A stretch of 57,044 nt of DNA from Ruminococcaceae bacterium UBA7147 (GTDB lineage Bacteria > Bacillota > Clostridia > Oscillospirales > Acutalibacteraceae): assembly GCA_002491825.1 (NCBI GenBank), contig DKWR01000024.1:1-57044 (forward strand), read 5' to 3'. The first letter of the stretch is position 1; each line of letters opens with the position of its first letter. Of this stretch, positions 46,495-56,969 are shown piece after piece. A program made the translations under genes and the position numbers. The notes beneath the pieces were generated by a model, which made no database searches, was not told the DNA's origin, and saw nothing but the letters and a program-made list of their open reading frames with translations.

Positions 46495-48735
46495 TTAAAG
46501 CAGTGAAAGCTGTTCGTCAGACGTGTCTTCGTTTGACGGCAACGCACCTAAAGCAGGCATAGAGCGTGTTCTGTAGCGCTGCGGTTTTGCAAAAGTGCCC
46601 TCTTTGTATTCGGAAATTTCAAAAAGTCTGTGTCCTTTTTTGAGCTTCATTACGGCTACGCCCTGTGTAGAACGTGTCGTCTTGAGCGACAATGCGCCTG
46701 TGTGAACAAGCAACATTCTGCCTGATGAAGCTTTAAACAGCACTTCCCTGTCGTCTTCAAGGAACAACATTCCCGAAAGAGGCGATTTGTCGGAATATGC
46801 ACCCGTCAGCTTTTTGCGGTTAGTCTTTGTGGCGTACGCTTCAAGCGGCACCTTTGCCGCCTTTCCGTTTTCAAAGGCAAAGAGCAAAATTCCCTTGTAG
46901 TCCTTTGTTGCGACCATAAATACTGCGTTTTCTCCCTCGTCCATTGAAAGCTTTGCGGCTACGTAGTCGCCGAGAACGCTTGCCTTTGTGTCGGCAAAGT
47001 CGGAGGCTTTTGCCTTGTAAACCTGACATTTGTCGGTAAAGAACAGCAAGTCGCAGTTGTTTGAAAGCTCAATTTCCTGCACAATTTCATCGCCGTCTTT
47101 GAGCTTATGCGCTCCGCTCATTCGCAGTGACTGTGGTGTAATCTTTTTGAAATAGCCTTCCTTTGTAAAGAAGAACGTTACAGGATAGTCGGGGATTTCC
47201 TCAACCTCTTCCTCGTATTTTGCGTTATCCTCGTAGATTATGATGCTCTTTCTGGGCTGACCGTACTTTTCGGCTATTGCTTTAAGCTCCTTGACGATTA
47301 TCGTCTTGATTCTTGCCTTGCTCTTTAAGATTTCGTCAAGCTCGGCAATTTCCTTTTCAAGCTCCTCAATATCCTTTGTTCGCTTTAAAATATACTCACG
47401 GTTGAGGTGACGGAGCTTGATTTCGGCAACGTATTCAGCCTGAATTTTGTCAATTCCGAAACCAATCATAAGGTTTGGTACAACCTCGACTTCTTCGTCG
47501 GTTTCACGGATAATTTTAATTGCCTTGTCAATATCGAGCAGGATTTTTTCAAGTCCCTTTAAAAGGTGGAGCTTGTCTGCCTTTTTGTTGCGGTCAAAAT
47601 ATGTTCTGCGCCTTACGCACTCGATTCTGAACGCTATCCATTCTTCAAGCAGTGCCTTAACGCCGAGTACCATTGGCACTCCGCCGATAAGCACGTTGAA
47701 GTTGCAGGCATAGGAATCCTCAAGCGTTGTGAAACGGAACAGCTTTGACATAAGCTTTTCGGGATCAACACCACGCTTTAAGTCGATTGTAATTTTAAGA
47801 CCGTCAATACCTGTTTCGTCACGAATATCGGAAATTTCCTTTACCTTGCCCTGCTTTACAAGGTCGATAATCTTCTCAATTATGACCTCGCAGGTGGTTG
47901 TGCTCGGAATTGAAAGCACATCAATGCAGTTTGCGGATTTGTCGTACTCGTATTTTGCACGAAGCTTGATACTGCCCCTGCCCGTTTCGTAAACCTGATT
48001 GATTGTCTTTTCATCATATATTATCTGACAGCCACCTATAAAATCGGGTGCAGGCAGAGTTGACTTTATATCGTGGTCGGGGTCACGTATGAGCGCCGCT
48101 GTAGTTTCGCAGATTTCCTTTAAGTTAAAGGAGCAGATATTTGAAGCCATACCTACCGCAATACCTGTGTTCGCATTTACAAGCACTGATGGAAATGCAA
48201 CGGGAAGAAGTGACGGCTCTTTCATTGTATTGTCGTAGTTATCGACAAAATCTACGGTGTCCTTATCAATATCACGGAAAAGCTCGTTACAGATTGGCGC
48301 AAGCTTTGCTTCGGTGTATCGTGAAGCCGCCCAAGCCATATCTCGGCTGTAGAACTTACCGAAGTTTCCCTTTGAATCGACATACGGGTGCAAAAGTGCC
48401 TCATAGCCTCTTGACAAACGCACCATTGTGTCGTAGATTGCCGAGTCACCGTGAGGGTTTAATTTCATTGTTGCGCCGACAATATTAGCCGACTTTGTTC
48501 TGTTGCCCGTCAGAAGTCCCATTTTGTACATTGTAAAAAGGAGCTTTCGGTGAGAGGGCTTAAAGCCGTCAATTTCGGGAATTGCACGTGACAGAATTAC
48601 GCTCATTGCGTAGGGCATATAGTTTTCACGGATAGTGGAAACTATGGGTTGTTCTACTATATCGCCTGCTCCGTTGATTACGCCGTGAGTTTTTGGCGAG
48701 GTTGATTTATTTAGAGTTTTCTTTTTAGAAGCCAT
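46495..48735 (-). CDS. parC: Type IIA topoisomerase subunit A (ParC-like, no GyrA-box)
   Basis: DGFKPSHR, PHGDS.IY and AASRYTEA motifs; short C-terminal domain. Confidence 0.75.
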   Translation of the reverse strand: MASKKKTLNKSTSPKTHGVINGAGDIVEQPIVSTIRENYMPYAMSVILSRAIPEIDGFKPSHRKLLFTMYKMGLLTGNRTKSANIVGATMKLNPHGDSAIYDTMVRLSRGYEALLHPYVDSKGNFGKFYSRDMAWAASRYTEAKLAPICNELFRDIDKDTVDFVDNYDNTMKEPSLLPVAFPSVLVNANTGIAVGMASNICSFNLKEICETTAALIRDPDHDIKSTLPAPDFIGGCQIIYDEKTINQVYETGRGSIKLRAKYEYDKSANCIDVLSIPSTTTCEVIIEKIIDLVKQGKVKEISDIRDETGIDGLKITIDLKRGVDPEKLMSKLFRFTTLEDSYACNFNVLIGGVPMVLGVKALLEEWIAFRIECVRRRTYFDRNKKADKLHLLKGLEKILLDIDKAIKIIRETDEEVEVVPNLMIGFGIDKIQAEYVAEIKLRHLNREYILKRTKDIEELEKEIAELDEILKSKARIKTIIVKELKAIAEKYGQPRKSIIIYEDNAKYEEEVEEIPDYPVTFFFTKEGYFKKITPQSLRMSGAHKLKDGDEIVQEIELSNNCDLLFFTDKCQVYKAKASDFADTKASVLGDYVAAKLSMDEGENAVFMVATKDYKGILLFAFENGKAAKVPLEAYATKTNRKKLTGAYSDKSPLSGMLFLEDDREVLFKASSGRMLLVHTGALSLKTTRSTQGVAVMKLKKGHRLFEISEYKEGTFAKPQRYRTRSMPALGALPSNEDTSDEQLSLL

Positions 48736-48751
48736 TGTTTTCCACCTCCTG

Positions 48752-50737
48752 TCAGCTTACATCGAGATTATCTATATATTCGCTGCCGTGCTCTACAATG
48801 TAGTCCTTTCTGCCCTGCAAATTATCGCCGAGTAGAATATCAAAGATTTCGGCTGTCTGCGCCGCATCGTCGGGCATAACCTTGATAAGTCGGCGTGTGT
48901 CGGGGTTCATTGTAGTTAAGTTCATCATATCGGGTTCGTTTTCACCAAGACCTTTGCTTCGCTGGATTGTGAACTTTTCGTTGCCGATTTGCTCGATAAA
49001 CTTATCCTTTTCAATTTCATCATACGCAAAGTAAACGTCATTTTTTGAAGTGATTTCATAAAGCGGAGATTCCGCAATGAACACTTTGCCCTCTTCAATA
49101 AGAGTTGGAGTAAGGCGGTAAAGCATTGTAAGTAATAATGTGCGAATCTGAAATCCGTCAACGTCGGCATCGGTACAGAGAATAACCTTGTTCCAGCGCA
49201 GAGCGTCCATATCAAAGCTTGAAAGATTTTTATTAGCTTTTGACTTTACTTCAACGCCGCAGCCGAGCACCTTTAGCAAATCGGTTATGATTTCACTCTT
49301 GAATATTTTATCGTAATCGGCTTTAAGGCAATTAAGAATTTTACCTCTGATTGGCATTATTGCCTGAAAATCGGGGTTTCTTGCCTGCTTGCAGGCACCG
49401 AGAGCAGAGTCACCCTCTACTATAAACAGCTCTCTCTGATCAACGTCCTTGCTTCGGCAATCTACAAATTTTGCTACTCGGTTTGTGATGTCGAGGTTGC
49501 CCGACAGCTTTTTCTTTATATTAAGTCGGGTTTTTTCGGCGTTTTCACGACTACGCTTGTTTACAAGTACCTGTTCTGCAATCTTCTCGGCTTCAAGGGG
49601 ATTTTCAATGAAATACACTTCTAAGCTCTGTCGGAGAAATGCAGTCATTGCATCCTGAATACCCTTGTTGGTTACAGCCTTTTTGGTCTGATTTTCGTAG
49701 GAGGAAACGCTTGAAAATGAGGAAATCACGCACACAAGGCAATCTTCTACGTCATCAAATTTTATTTTGCTTTCGGTTTTGTTGTATTTATTATTCTGCT
49801 TTAAGTAACTGTCAATCTGATAGACAAAGGCGTTTCGCACCGCCTTGTCGGGTGCGCCGCCGTGTTCAAGCCAGCTTGAATTGTGGTAGTATTCGGTAAG
49901 GCTTACTTTGTTTGAAAACGCAACGGCTATGTCCATTTTGCACTTGTATTCGGGTTTGTCGTCACGGTCACGTGTTTTGCACTCGGTTTCCCAGTGCTGA
50001 ACGGTTGTAAGTCCGTCCTCGCCGATTACCTCGGCAACGTGGTCGACTACGCCGTTAATATAATTAAAGGAAGTAGTGTCAAATGAACGTCCGTTCTGAT
50101 TTCTGAAAATAAATTCAACGCCTGCGTTGACAATTGCCTGACGTTTCATTATGTCGAGAAAATAGTCGGGCTGAATGTCAATATCCGTGAAAACCTCAAG
50201 GTCGGGCTTCCAGTGAATTTTTGTTCCCGTATCCTTTTTGCTGTACGGCTCTTTTTTGAGTCCGCCTACGTTCTCGCCCTTTTCAAAATGGAGTGTATAG
50301 CGGTAGCCGTCACGGCGGATATCAACGTCCATATATTCGGAAGCGTACTGAGTTGAGCAAAGTCCCAGGCCGTTCATACCGAGTGAAAACTCGTAGCTTT
50401 CGCCCTCGTTGTTGTTGTACTTGCCGCCCGCGTACATTTCGCAGAACACAAGCTCCCAGTTAAATTTCTGCTCGTTTTCGTTGTAGTCAACAGGGATTCC
50501 TCGACCGTGATCCTCAACCTCGATTGAGCCGTCGGAAAATCGGGTTACGGAAATCTGCTTGCCGTAGCCCTCTCTTGCCTCGTCAATGGAGTTTGAAAGA
50601 ATTTCAAATACCGAATGCTGACAACCGTCAATGCCGTCTGAACCGAAAATAACCGCAGGTCTTTTGCGGACACGGTCGGCACCTTTGAGGGTTGTTATGC
50701 TGGTATTATCGTATTCGTTGGTTTTCTTCCTTGCCAT
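48752..50737 (-). CDS. parE: Type IIA topoisomerase subunit B (ParE-like)
   Basis: VRKRP, EILSNSIDE, D.GRGIP, EGDSA, PIRGKILN, DADVDG and KGLGE motifs. Confidence 0.75.
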   Translation of the reverse strand: MARKKTNEYDNTSITTLKGADRVRKRPAVIFGSDGIDGCQHSVFEILSNSIDEAREGYGKQISVTRFSDGSIEVEDHGRGIPVDYNENEQKFNWELVFCEMYAGGKYNNNEGESYEFSLGMNGLGLCSTQYASEYMDVDIRRDGYRYTLHFEKGENVGGLKKEPYSKKDTGTKIHWKPDLEVFTDIDIQPDYFLDIMKRQAIVNAGVEFIFRNQNGRSFDTTSFNYINGVVDHVAEVIGEDGLTTVQHWETECKTRDRDDKPEYKCKMDIAVAFSNKVSLTEYYHNSSWLEHGGAPDKAVRNAFVYQIDSYLKQNNKYNKTESKIKFDDVEDCLVCVISSFSSVSSYENQTKKAVTNKGIQDAMTAFLRQSLEVYFIENPLEAEKIAEQVLVNKRSRENAEKTRLNIKKKLSGNLDITNRVAKFVDCRSKDVDQRELFIVEGDSALGACKQARNPDFQAIMPIRGKILNCLKADYDKIFKSEIITDLLKVLGCGVEVKSKANKNLSSFDMDALRWNKVILCTDADVDGFQIRTLLLTMLYRLTPTLIEEGKVFIAESPLYEITSKNDVYFAYDEIEKDKFIEQIGNEKFTIQRSKGLGENEPDMMNLTTMNPDTRRLIKVMPDDAAQTAEIFDILLGDNLQGRKDYIVEHGSEYIDNLDVS

Positions 50738-50777
50738 TTCACTCTTCCTTATTATAAATTATTCATATATATTTTTC

Positions 50778-50886
50778 GGGACGTCAGGGATGCCGTCCCC
50801 TACGGAAAGGTTTGTTTTACTCTGTAACTATGTTTTAATCGGTATAGTTTGATTGCCGCTGAGGACACGGCACGCCGTGTCCCTAC
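50778..50886 (-). repeat. REP-B plus REP-A tandem module
   Basis: Same two REPs, order and 85-nt start-to-start offset as 11722-11830. Confidence 0.85.
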
Positions 50887-50919
50887 GTAAACGTTGCAAT
50901 AATTTTTACTAATAAAATT

Positions 50920-52878
50920 TTATTTTTCTCCACGCAATTTCTTGATTTTATCACGCAGATATGCGGCGTGTTCAAATTCAAGCAGCTTTGCCGCTGCCTT
51001 CATTTCCTTTGTAAGGCTTTCGATAAGCTGTTGCTTCTGCACCTTTGACAATTTCTTTGTGCCCTTGAATTCGCTGTCATCATGGGTTGAGATTTCGAGA
51101 ATTTCGCTTACCTTTTTGACAATCGTCTTTGGAATTATACCGTGCTCCTCGTTGTACTTCTGCTGAATTTCACGGCGGCGCTGTGTTTCCTCAATCGCAA
51201 CACGCATTGATTCTGTAACGCTGTCAGCGTACATTATTACCATACCGTCGCTGTTTCGTGCGGCACGTCCGGTAATCTGAATGAGCGAACGTGTGCTTCT
51301 CAAAAAGCCCTCTTTGTCGGCATCCAGCACTGCAACGAGCGAAACCTCGGGAATGTCGAGTCCCTCTCGCAGAAGGTTGATTCCCACAAGCACATCAAAC
51401 TCGCCGAGGCGCAAATCACGCACAATCTCCATTCGCTCAACCGTATCTATATCGTGGTGCATATAGCGCACCTTTATTCCCATTGTTTCAAGGTAAGCCG
51501 TCAAGTCCTCTGCCATTTTCTTTGTCAGCGTTGTAACAAGCGTACGCTGTTTTTTGGCTGTTCTGATATTGATTTCCGAAACAAGGTCGTCAAGCTGACC
51601 TTCTGTCGGTCTTACCGAAATTTCGGGGTCGAGAAGTCCCGTAGGACGGATAATCTGCTCTGCAACGACCTCTGATTTTTCCATTTCAAGGTCGCCCGGA
51701 GTTGCGCTGACAAACACAACCTGATTGATTCTGTCGTAAAATTCGTCAAAATTCAGCGGTCTGTTGTCAAATGCAGACGGCAGTCTGAACCCGAAATCTA
51801 CAAGGCTTTTCTTACGTGCGTGGTCGCCTGCATACATTCCCCTTACCTGCGGCAGGGTGACGTGCGACTCATCAACAAACAGCAGAAAATCCTTCGGAAA
51901 ATAATCAAGCAGAGTGTAAGGCGAAGAGCCGGGAGGTCTGCCCGACAGTATTCTTGAGTAGTTTTCTATACCTGTACAGAATCCGATTTCCTGCAACATT
52001 TCCATATCGTAATGCGTGCGCTGTTCAATTCTCTGCGCTTCAAGGAGCTTTCCGTTTTCTCTGAAATATTCAAGCCTTTCCTGCAATTCACGCTCAATTT
52101 CCGCAAGAGCGACCTGCATTTTGTCCTTTGAAACAATATAGTGTGACGCAGGGTAGATTGCGGCGTGGCGCAGAATTGCCTTAAGCTCTCCCGTAAGCGG
52201 ATTTATCTCGGAAATTCTGTCGATTTCATCACCGAAAAATTCCACACGGATTACGGAGTCGTTTGATGCGGCAGGGAAAATTTCAACTACATCTCCCCTG
52301 ACTCTGAACTTGTTGCGTATGAAGTTTACATCGTTGCGTTCATACTGAAGCTCGACAAGCTTTTTTACCAAATCGTCACGGCTTTTTTCCATTCCCGGAC
52401 GGAGTGAAATCACCATATTTCGGTAATCAATAGGGTTGCCCAAGCTGTAGATGCAGGAAACAGAAGCAACTATAATTACATCATTTCTCTCCGAAAGTGC
52501 AAGCGTTGCGCTGTGGCGGAGCTTGTCGATTTCGTCGTTGATTGAGCTGTCTTTTTCAATGTAGGTATCGGTCTGGGCAACGTATGCCTCGGGCTGATAG
52601 TAATCGTAGTAGGACACGAAATACTCAACGGCGTTGTCGGGAAAGAACTCCTTGAACTCACTGCAAAGCTGTGCCGCAAGGGTTTTGTTGTGGGCAAGCA
52701 CAAGCGTAGGCCGCTGTACACGCTCAATTACGTTTGCCATTGTAAACGTCTTACCCGAGCCTGTTACGCCGAGCAGAGTCTGCTCCTTGTTGCCTGCGTT
52801 TATGCTTTCAACAAGCTTTTCAATTGTCTGTGGTTGGTCGCCCGTAGGCTTGTATTTTGAATGAATCTTAAATTCCAT
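50920..52878 (-). CDS. uvrB: Excinuclease ABC subunit B
   Basis: [22 protein letters not shown] and GRAARN motifs; C-terminal UVR domain. Confidence 0.98.
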   Translation of the reverse strand: MEFKIHSKYKPTGDQPQTIEKLVESINAGNKEQTLLGVTGSGKTFTMANVIERVQRPTLVLAHNKTLAAQLCSEFKEFFPDNAVEYFVSYYDYYQPEAYVAQTDTYIEKDSSINDEIDKLRHSATLALSERNDVIIVASVSCIYSLGNPIDYRNMVISLRPGMEKSRDDLVKKLVELQYERNDVNFIRNKFRVRGDVVEIFPAASNDSVIRVEFFGDEIDRISEINPLTGELKAILRHAAIYPASHYIVSKDKMQVALAEIERELQERLEYFRENGKLLEAQRIEQRTHYDMEMLQEIGFCTGIENYSRILSGRPPGSSPYTLLDYFPKDFLLFVDESHVTLPQVRGMYAGDHARKKSLVDFGFRLPSAFDNRPLNFDEFYDRINQVVFVSATPGDLEMEKSEVVAEQIIRPTGLLDPEISVRPTEGQLDDLVSEINIRTAKKQRTLVTTLTKKMAEDLTAYLETMGIKVRYMHHDIDTVERMEIVRDLRLGEFDVLVGINLLREGLDIPEVSLVAVLDADKEGFLRSTRSLIQITGRAARNSDGMVIMYADSVTESMRVAIEETQRRREIQQKYNEEHGIIPKTIVKKVSEILEISTHDDSEFKGTKKLSKVQKQQLIESLTKEMKAAAKLLEFEHAAYLRDKIKKLRGEK

Positions 52879-52903
52879 AAGCTGTCATATTATCCGATAA
52901 ATA

Positions 52904-53611
52904 TTATATATCGTAATAGAAAATTTTTCCTGCCATTCCGCTTTCACGCAGAGATACGTAATCCTCGCTTGTTACAATGAAATGGTCAACAAGCTCAACG
53001 CCTATCGCACCAAGCGTGTCCTTTAAAAGCTCGGTTGCTTCAAGGTCGCCGGGTGACGGCAACGCAGTGCCGCTGGGGTGATTGTGACCTAAAAACGCCG
53101 TTCTTGCATTCTTGCGCAGAGCAAGGTCTACAATCTTCCTTGCAGGCATCTCGGTTGCAGTGAGCGAGCCTTTTGCAATAATATCAAAGTAAATCATCTT
53201 GCCCTTTGCATCTCCGAGCATTAAAGCGGTTTCTTCACTCGTTCTGCCGATAAACTTGGCGGCAAACATATCACCGACTGTTTCAAGGTCGATAGGTTTA
53301 TCATAGGACATTTTTGACTCATTATACAGTCTTGACATCTGCGGAAGAAGCTTTAGTAAAACAGCCGCAGTTTCCGACAGAGCAAACTCCCTTTCAAGCT
53401 CGTCAATCGGAGCGTCACAGACTGCGCCTATTGAGCCGTATTTATCAAGAAGTCTGTGTGCAAGCGGATTTGTATCCTTCCTCGGAATTGCGTAAAAAAG
53501 GTACAATTCAAGCGCCTCGTGAGGCTCGAAAACATCAAGTCCGTTTTCTATGAACTTTTTCTTTAAACGCTTACGGTGTCCCGTATGCTCATTGCCGTTT
53601 GATGAAGCCAT
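52904..53611 (-). CDS. radC: RadC/JAB-domain protein
   Basis: GHRKRL, HhH region and HNHPSG...PS..D..DH motifs. Confidence 0.92.
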   Translation of the reverse strand: MASSNGNEHTGHRKRLKKKFIENGLDVFEPHEALELYLFYAIPRKDTNPLAHRLLDKYGSIGAVCDAPIDELEREFALSETAAVLLKLLPQMSRLYNESKMSYDKPIDLETVGDMFAAKFIGRTSEETALMLGDAKGKMIYFDIIAKGSLTATEMPARKIVDLALRKNARTAFLGHNHPSGTALPSPGDLEATELLKDTLGAIGVELVDHFIVTSEDYVSLRESGMAGKIFYYDI

Positions 53612-53631
53612 AACAAACCTCTGATAGCTGT

Positions 53632-54306
53632 TTATTTTACTCCGTACTGCTCGTAATATGCATCAATTGCCGCTTTGAGCTTGTCGTCAATTACAACCTT
53701 GCCCTTGTATTCCTTATTGTAAAGGTGCTCTACTACCTCTGCCATTGTTACGATTGCGGTAGTCTTTAAGCCGTACTTTTCTTCAATTTCAGAAAGTGCG
53801 CTCTTTTCGCCCTGACCTCTTTCCATTCTGTCAACGGAAACTACAAGGCCGATTGGATTAACGTCACCCTGTGCCTTGATAATGGGAAGTGTTTCTTCAA
53901 TTGAAGTACCTGCGGTTGTAACGTCCTCGATAATAACAACCTTGTCGCCGTCGTTTATTGGACTGCCGAGCAGGATTCCCTTATCGCCGTGGTCCTTTAC
54001 TTCTTTTCTGTTTGAGCAGTAACGGATGTCCTTGCCGTATTTTTCGCTGATTGCGATTGTTGCGGCTACGGAAAGCGGAATACCCTTGTAGGCAGGTCCG
54101 AAAAGCACGTCAAAGTCAAGACCGAATTTGCCGTTGATTGCCTCGGCATAGTACTGACCGAGTCTTCTTAACTGTGCGCCTGTTCTGTAGAATCCGGTGT
54201 TTACAAAGAACGGTGTTTTTCTGCCGCTTTTTGTTACGAAATCGCCGAATTTAAGAACCTGACAGTCTACCATAAATTCAATAAATTCCTTTTTGTAAGC
54301 TTCCAT
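53632..54306 (-). CDS. pyrE: Orotate phosphoribosyltransferase
   Basis: KSGR, GPAYKGIP, NRKEVKDHG and EDVTTAGTS motifs. Confidence 0.97.
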   Translation of the reverse strand: MEAYKKEFIEFMVDCQVLKFGDFVTKSGRKTPFFVNTGFYRTGAQLRRLGQYYAEAINGKFGLDFDVLFGPAYKGIPLSVAATIAISEKYGKDIRYCSNRKEVKDHGDKGILLGSPINDGDKVVIIEDVTTAGTSIEETLPIIKAQGDVNPIGLVVSVDRMERGQGEKSALSEIEEKYGLKTTAIVTMAEVVEHLYNKEYKGKVVIDDKLKAAIDAYYEQYGVK

Positions 54307-54410
54307 TGTGATACCTCCGTTTATTTTTTCACATAATTTAACATTTTAGATTTTAACACAATATCTTGTTTTTGTAAATGGGAATTACAGTTATGTAATC
54401 AATATACAGT

Positions 54411-54448
54411 AAAAGGAAAATCCACCGTCGATTTCACAGCGGTGGATT
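54411..54448 (-). terminator. Rho-independent terminator
   Basis: aatccaccg/cggtggatt stem followed by ttcctttt on the minus strand. Confidence 0.7.
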
Positions 54449-54474
54449 ATAATGAAAATATTAAATATGTAATA

Positions 54475-55236
54475 TTATTTAGAGTTCTTCTTTTTTGCTG
54501 TCAGTAAAATAATTGCACAAGCATCAAAAATCAAAATGCTAAATAAAGCTATGGAATTATTCTGTCCTGTAGGAATACTTCCGTTTGCATTGTTGGGATT
54601 AGTTGTATTTTTGGAATTATTATTTGAAGGTGCGTCGGGAGTTGAAACAGAATTTGTCGCAGGCTGGATTGTTGAAGGTTCGGTTTCCTGCTGTTCGTTT
54701 GGATTTACAAACTTTGCAAATTGGAGAATTTCGGCTGTTTCATCAAGCAAATCTCCAGACAATGCACTTAATCCGATAAATTGATTATCCTTGTAAATCA
54801 AATAACGGCTGTCACTGTTAGTAGTCAAATATTCATCAATTACTACATAATAAAATTCAGTTAAAAATGCAAGATTTTCAGCGCTGACGAGCAACAGTTT
54901 ACTTCCGTCACTTAAAACGCCGTAACATTCAGTACTTACTTTTCCAAGCTCATAGTCAGAATACAATGTTCTGTAATCATCAATAATTTCTTTTTCTTCC
55001 GATTCGGTAAGAGATATGGGAACAGGTTTAATTCTTGCTGAAAGAATCTCGTTAAGAGCAAATATTTCAGAACCATGCCCAACAACATTGTACTGATATT
55101 TACTTAAAACGTCAAAATCGTCATACCGTCCGCTTTCAAGCGGAGGATATTTTTCTTCTGCCGCAAATGCATTTATACTGCCGAATGTGCCAAGCAACAT
55201 AATTATAGTAAGAACGATTGAAATTGTTTTTTTCAT
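54475..55236 (-). CDS. Secreted protein with sortase-type C-terminal anchor
   Basis: Signal peptide ending AFA; P/T/N linker; IPTG plus TM helix plus KKKNSK. Confidence 0.72.
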   Translation of the reverse strand: MKKTISIVLTIIMLLGTFGSINAFAAEEKYPPLESGRYDDFDVLSKYQYNVVGHGSEIFALNEILSARIKPVPISLTESEEKEIIDDYRTLYSDYELGKVSTECYGVLSDGSKLLLVSAENLAFLTEFYYVVIDEYLTTNSDSRYLIYKDNQFIGLSALSGDLLDETAEILQFAKFVNPNEQQETEPSTIQPATNSVSTPDAPSNNNSKNTTNPNNANGSIPTGQNNSIALFSILIFDACAIILLTAKKKNSK

Positions 55237-55383
55237 AAACATCCTCCCTTTTAACACATATTTTTAATACAAGTAACTATTTATTATATAAATTGTACAT
55301 TATTTGTAAATTATTGTCAATATATTTTTAAAAACTTCTCGACTTTTTTTGCTGTGTTTTTATTATATCATAAAAATTTACTG

Positions 55384-55430
55384 TTGACATATTAGAACAG
55401 ATGTTCTATAATATAATAAAACATTTGTTC
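55384..55430 (+). promoter_or_regulatory. Consensus sigmaA promoter with two LexA (SOS) boxes
   Basis: TTGACA-N17-TATAAT; GAAC-AGAT-GTTC at 55395-55406 in the spacer and AAAC-ATTT-GTTC at 55419-55430. Confidence 0.9.
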
Positions 55431-55441
55431 GAGATGATTTT

Positions 55442-56716
55442 ATGGATATTTTAAGTACGGTTGACAGAAATAAATATAAAGAGGACAGGGTTATTCTTCA
55501 CAGCGACTGCAACGGCTTTTACGCAAGCGTTGAATGTCTGCACAATCCGCAATTGAGAAATAAACCTGTTGCAGTAAGCGGCGACGCTGAAAACAGGCAC
55601 GGAATTATCCTTGCCAAAAACGAGATTGCCAAAAAATACAACATCAAAACAGGCGAGGCTATCTGGCAGGCAAAGCAGAAATGTCCCGAGCTTGTCACTC
55701 TCCCGCCCCACTTTGAGCTTTACAAAAGATTTTCAAAAATGGCAAGGCGGATTTACAGCGACTACACAGACAGAATAGAAAACTTCGGACTTGACGAGGC
55801 GTGGCTCGACCTTACAAACAGTATTGAAAGTGACGGATACAAAACTGCTCTTGAAATCAAAAGCAGAATCAAGGAGGAGCTTGGAATTACTGTCAGCATA
55901 GGCGTGAGCTTTAACAAGATTTTTGCAAAATTCGGGAGCGATTACAAAAAGCCCGATGCTGTGACCTGCATTACAAGGGAGAACTACAAGGATATTGTGT
56001 GGAATTCTCCCGCAGGCGATTTGCTTTATGTCGGCAGAGCAACGAGAAATAAGCTCAACCGAATCGGCATATACACTATTGGCGATATTGCAAACACTTC
56101 TACCGATATTTTAAGAAAGCTGCTCGGAAAATGGGGAGATTTGATTTACGGCTTTGCAAACGGTTTTGACTCCTCCCCCGTTGCTCATATGGATTATAAT
56201 ACCGAGGTCAAGTCTATAGGCAACTCAACGACTACTCCGAGGGATATGAAAACCTTTGACGACGTAAAGGTGGTTATGTACGTGCTGTGCGACAGCGTTT
56301 GCAGGCGTATGCGTGAGCAGGGATTTATGGCTAAAACTGTCGGAATAAGTATTCGTGATAACGAGCTTAACAGCTTTACACGTCAGTGCACGCTTGAAAG
56401 CTACACCTGTCTTACGAAAGAGATTACACAGAATGCATTTTCACTTTTTGAAAAAAGTTATAAAATGCAACGTCCTTTGCGGAGTATCGGTGTTTCGGTG
56501 ACAGATTTTGTCCACGACAACGTTCCGCATCAGATAAGCTTTTTGCAAGACGAGGAAAGGCTTATGCAGAATGAAAAGCTTGATAAGACGCTTGACGTGC
56601 TGAAAAAAAGATTCGGCAACTATATTGTGCGACCAGCCGTACTGCTCAACGACAGAGGTCTTTCGTCGTTCAATCCAAAAGACGACCACGTTATTCATCC
56701 CGTAGGATATTTATAA
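55442..56716 (+). CDS. dinB: Y-family DNA polymerase IV
   Basis: LHSDCNGFYASVE, GLDEAWLD and AK..SDYKKPD motifs. Confidence 0.92.
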   Translation: MDILSTVDRNKYKEDRVILHSDCNGFYASVECLHNPQLRNKPVAVSGDAENRHGIILAKNEIAKKYNIKTGEAIWQAKQKCPELVTLPPHFELYKRFSKMARRIYSDYTDRIENFGLDEAWLDLTNSIESDGYKTALEIKSRIKEELGITVSIGVSFNKIFAKFGSDYKKPDAVTCITRENYKDIVWNSPAGDLLYVGRATRNKLNRIGIYTIGDIANTSTDILRKLLGKWGDLIYGFANGFDSSPVAHMDYNTEVKSIGNSTTTPRDMKTFDDVKVVMYVLCDSVCRRMREQGFMAKTVGISIRDNELNSFTRQCTLESYTCLTKEITQNAFSLFEKSYKMQRPLRSIGVSVTDFVHDNVPHQISFLQDEERLMQNEKLDKTLDVLKKRFGNYIVRPAVLLNDRGLSSFNPKDDHVIHPVGYL

Positions 56717-56729
56717 GAGGTGTTTGGTG

Positions 56730-56969
56730 ATGAAAAAATACATTAAGGTAAACGCAACCTTTGACTGCGACGGTAATTTACTGCCCGAATATATTTACTG
56801 GGAAGAGGACAAAAAGTACCCGATTGATAAAATTACAGATATAAGATATGCCGCATCGCTGAAAGCAGGCGGTGCAGGAATAAGATACACCTGTATGATA
56901 CTTGGCAAGGAGCGGTTTTTGTTTCTTGAAGAAAACAGGTGGTTTGTAGACACGAGGGAGAACAAATAA
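56730..56969 (+). CDS. Small dinB-associated hypothetical protein
   Basis: GAGG RBS just after the dinB stop; AASLKAGG.G.RY motif. Confidence 0.8.
   Translation: MKKYIKVNATFDCDGNLLPEYIYWEEDKKYPIDKITDIRYAASLKAGGAGIRYTCMILGKERFLFLEENRWFVDTRENK

Noticed and set aside
52904-53611. RadC/JAB as part of a CBASS or mobile-element module
   Set aside because: It is the full-length chromosomal HhH-JAB form between pyrE and uvrB, with no cyclase or E1/E2 genes
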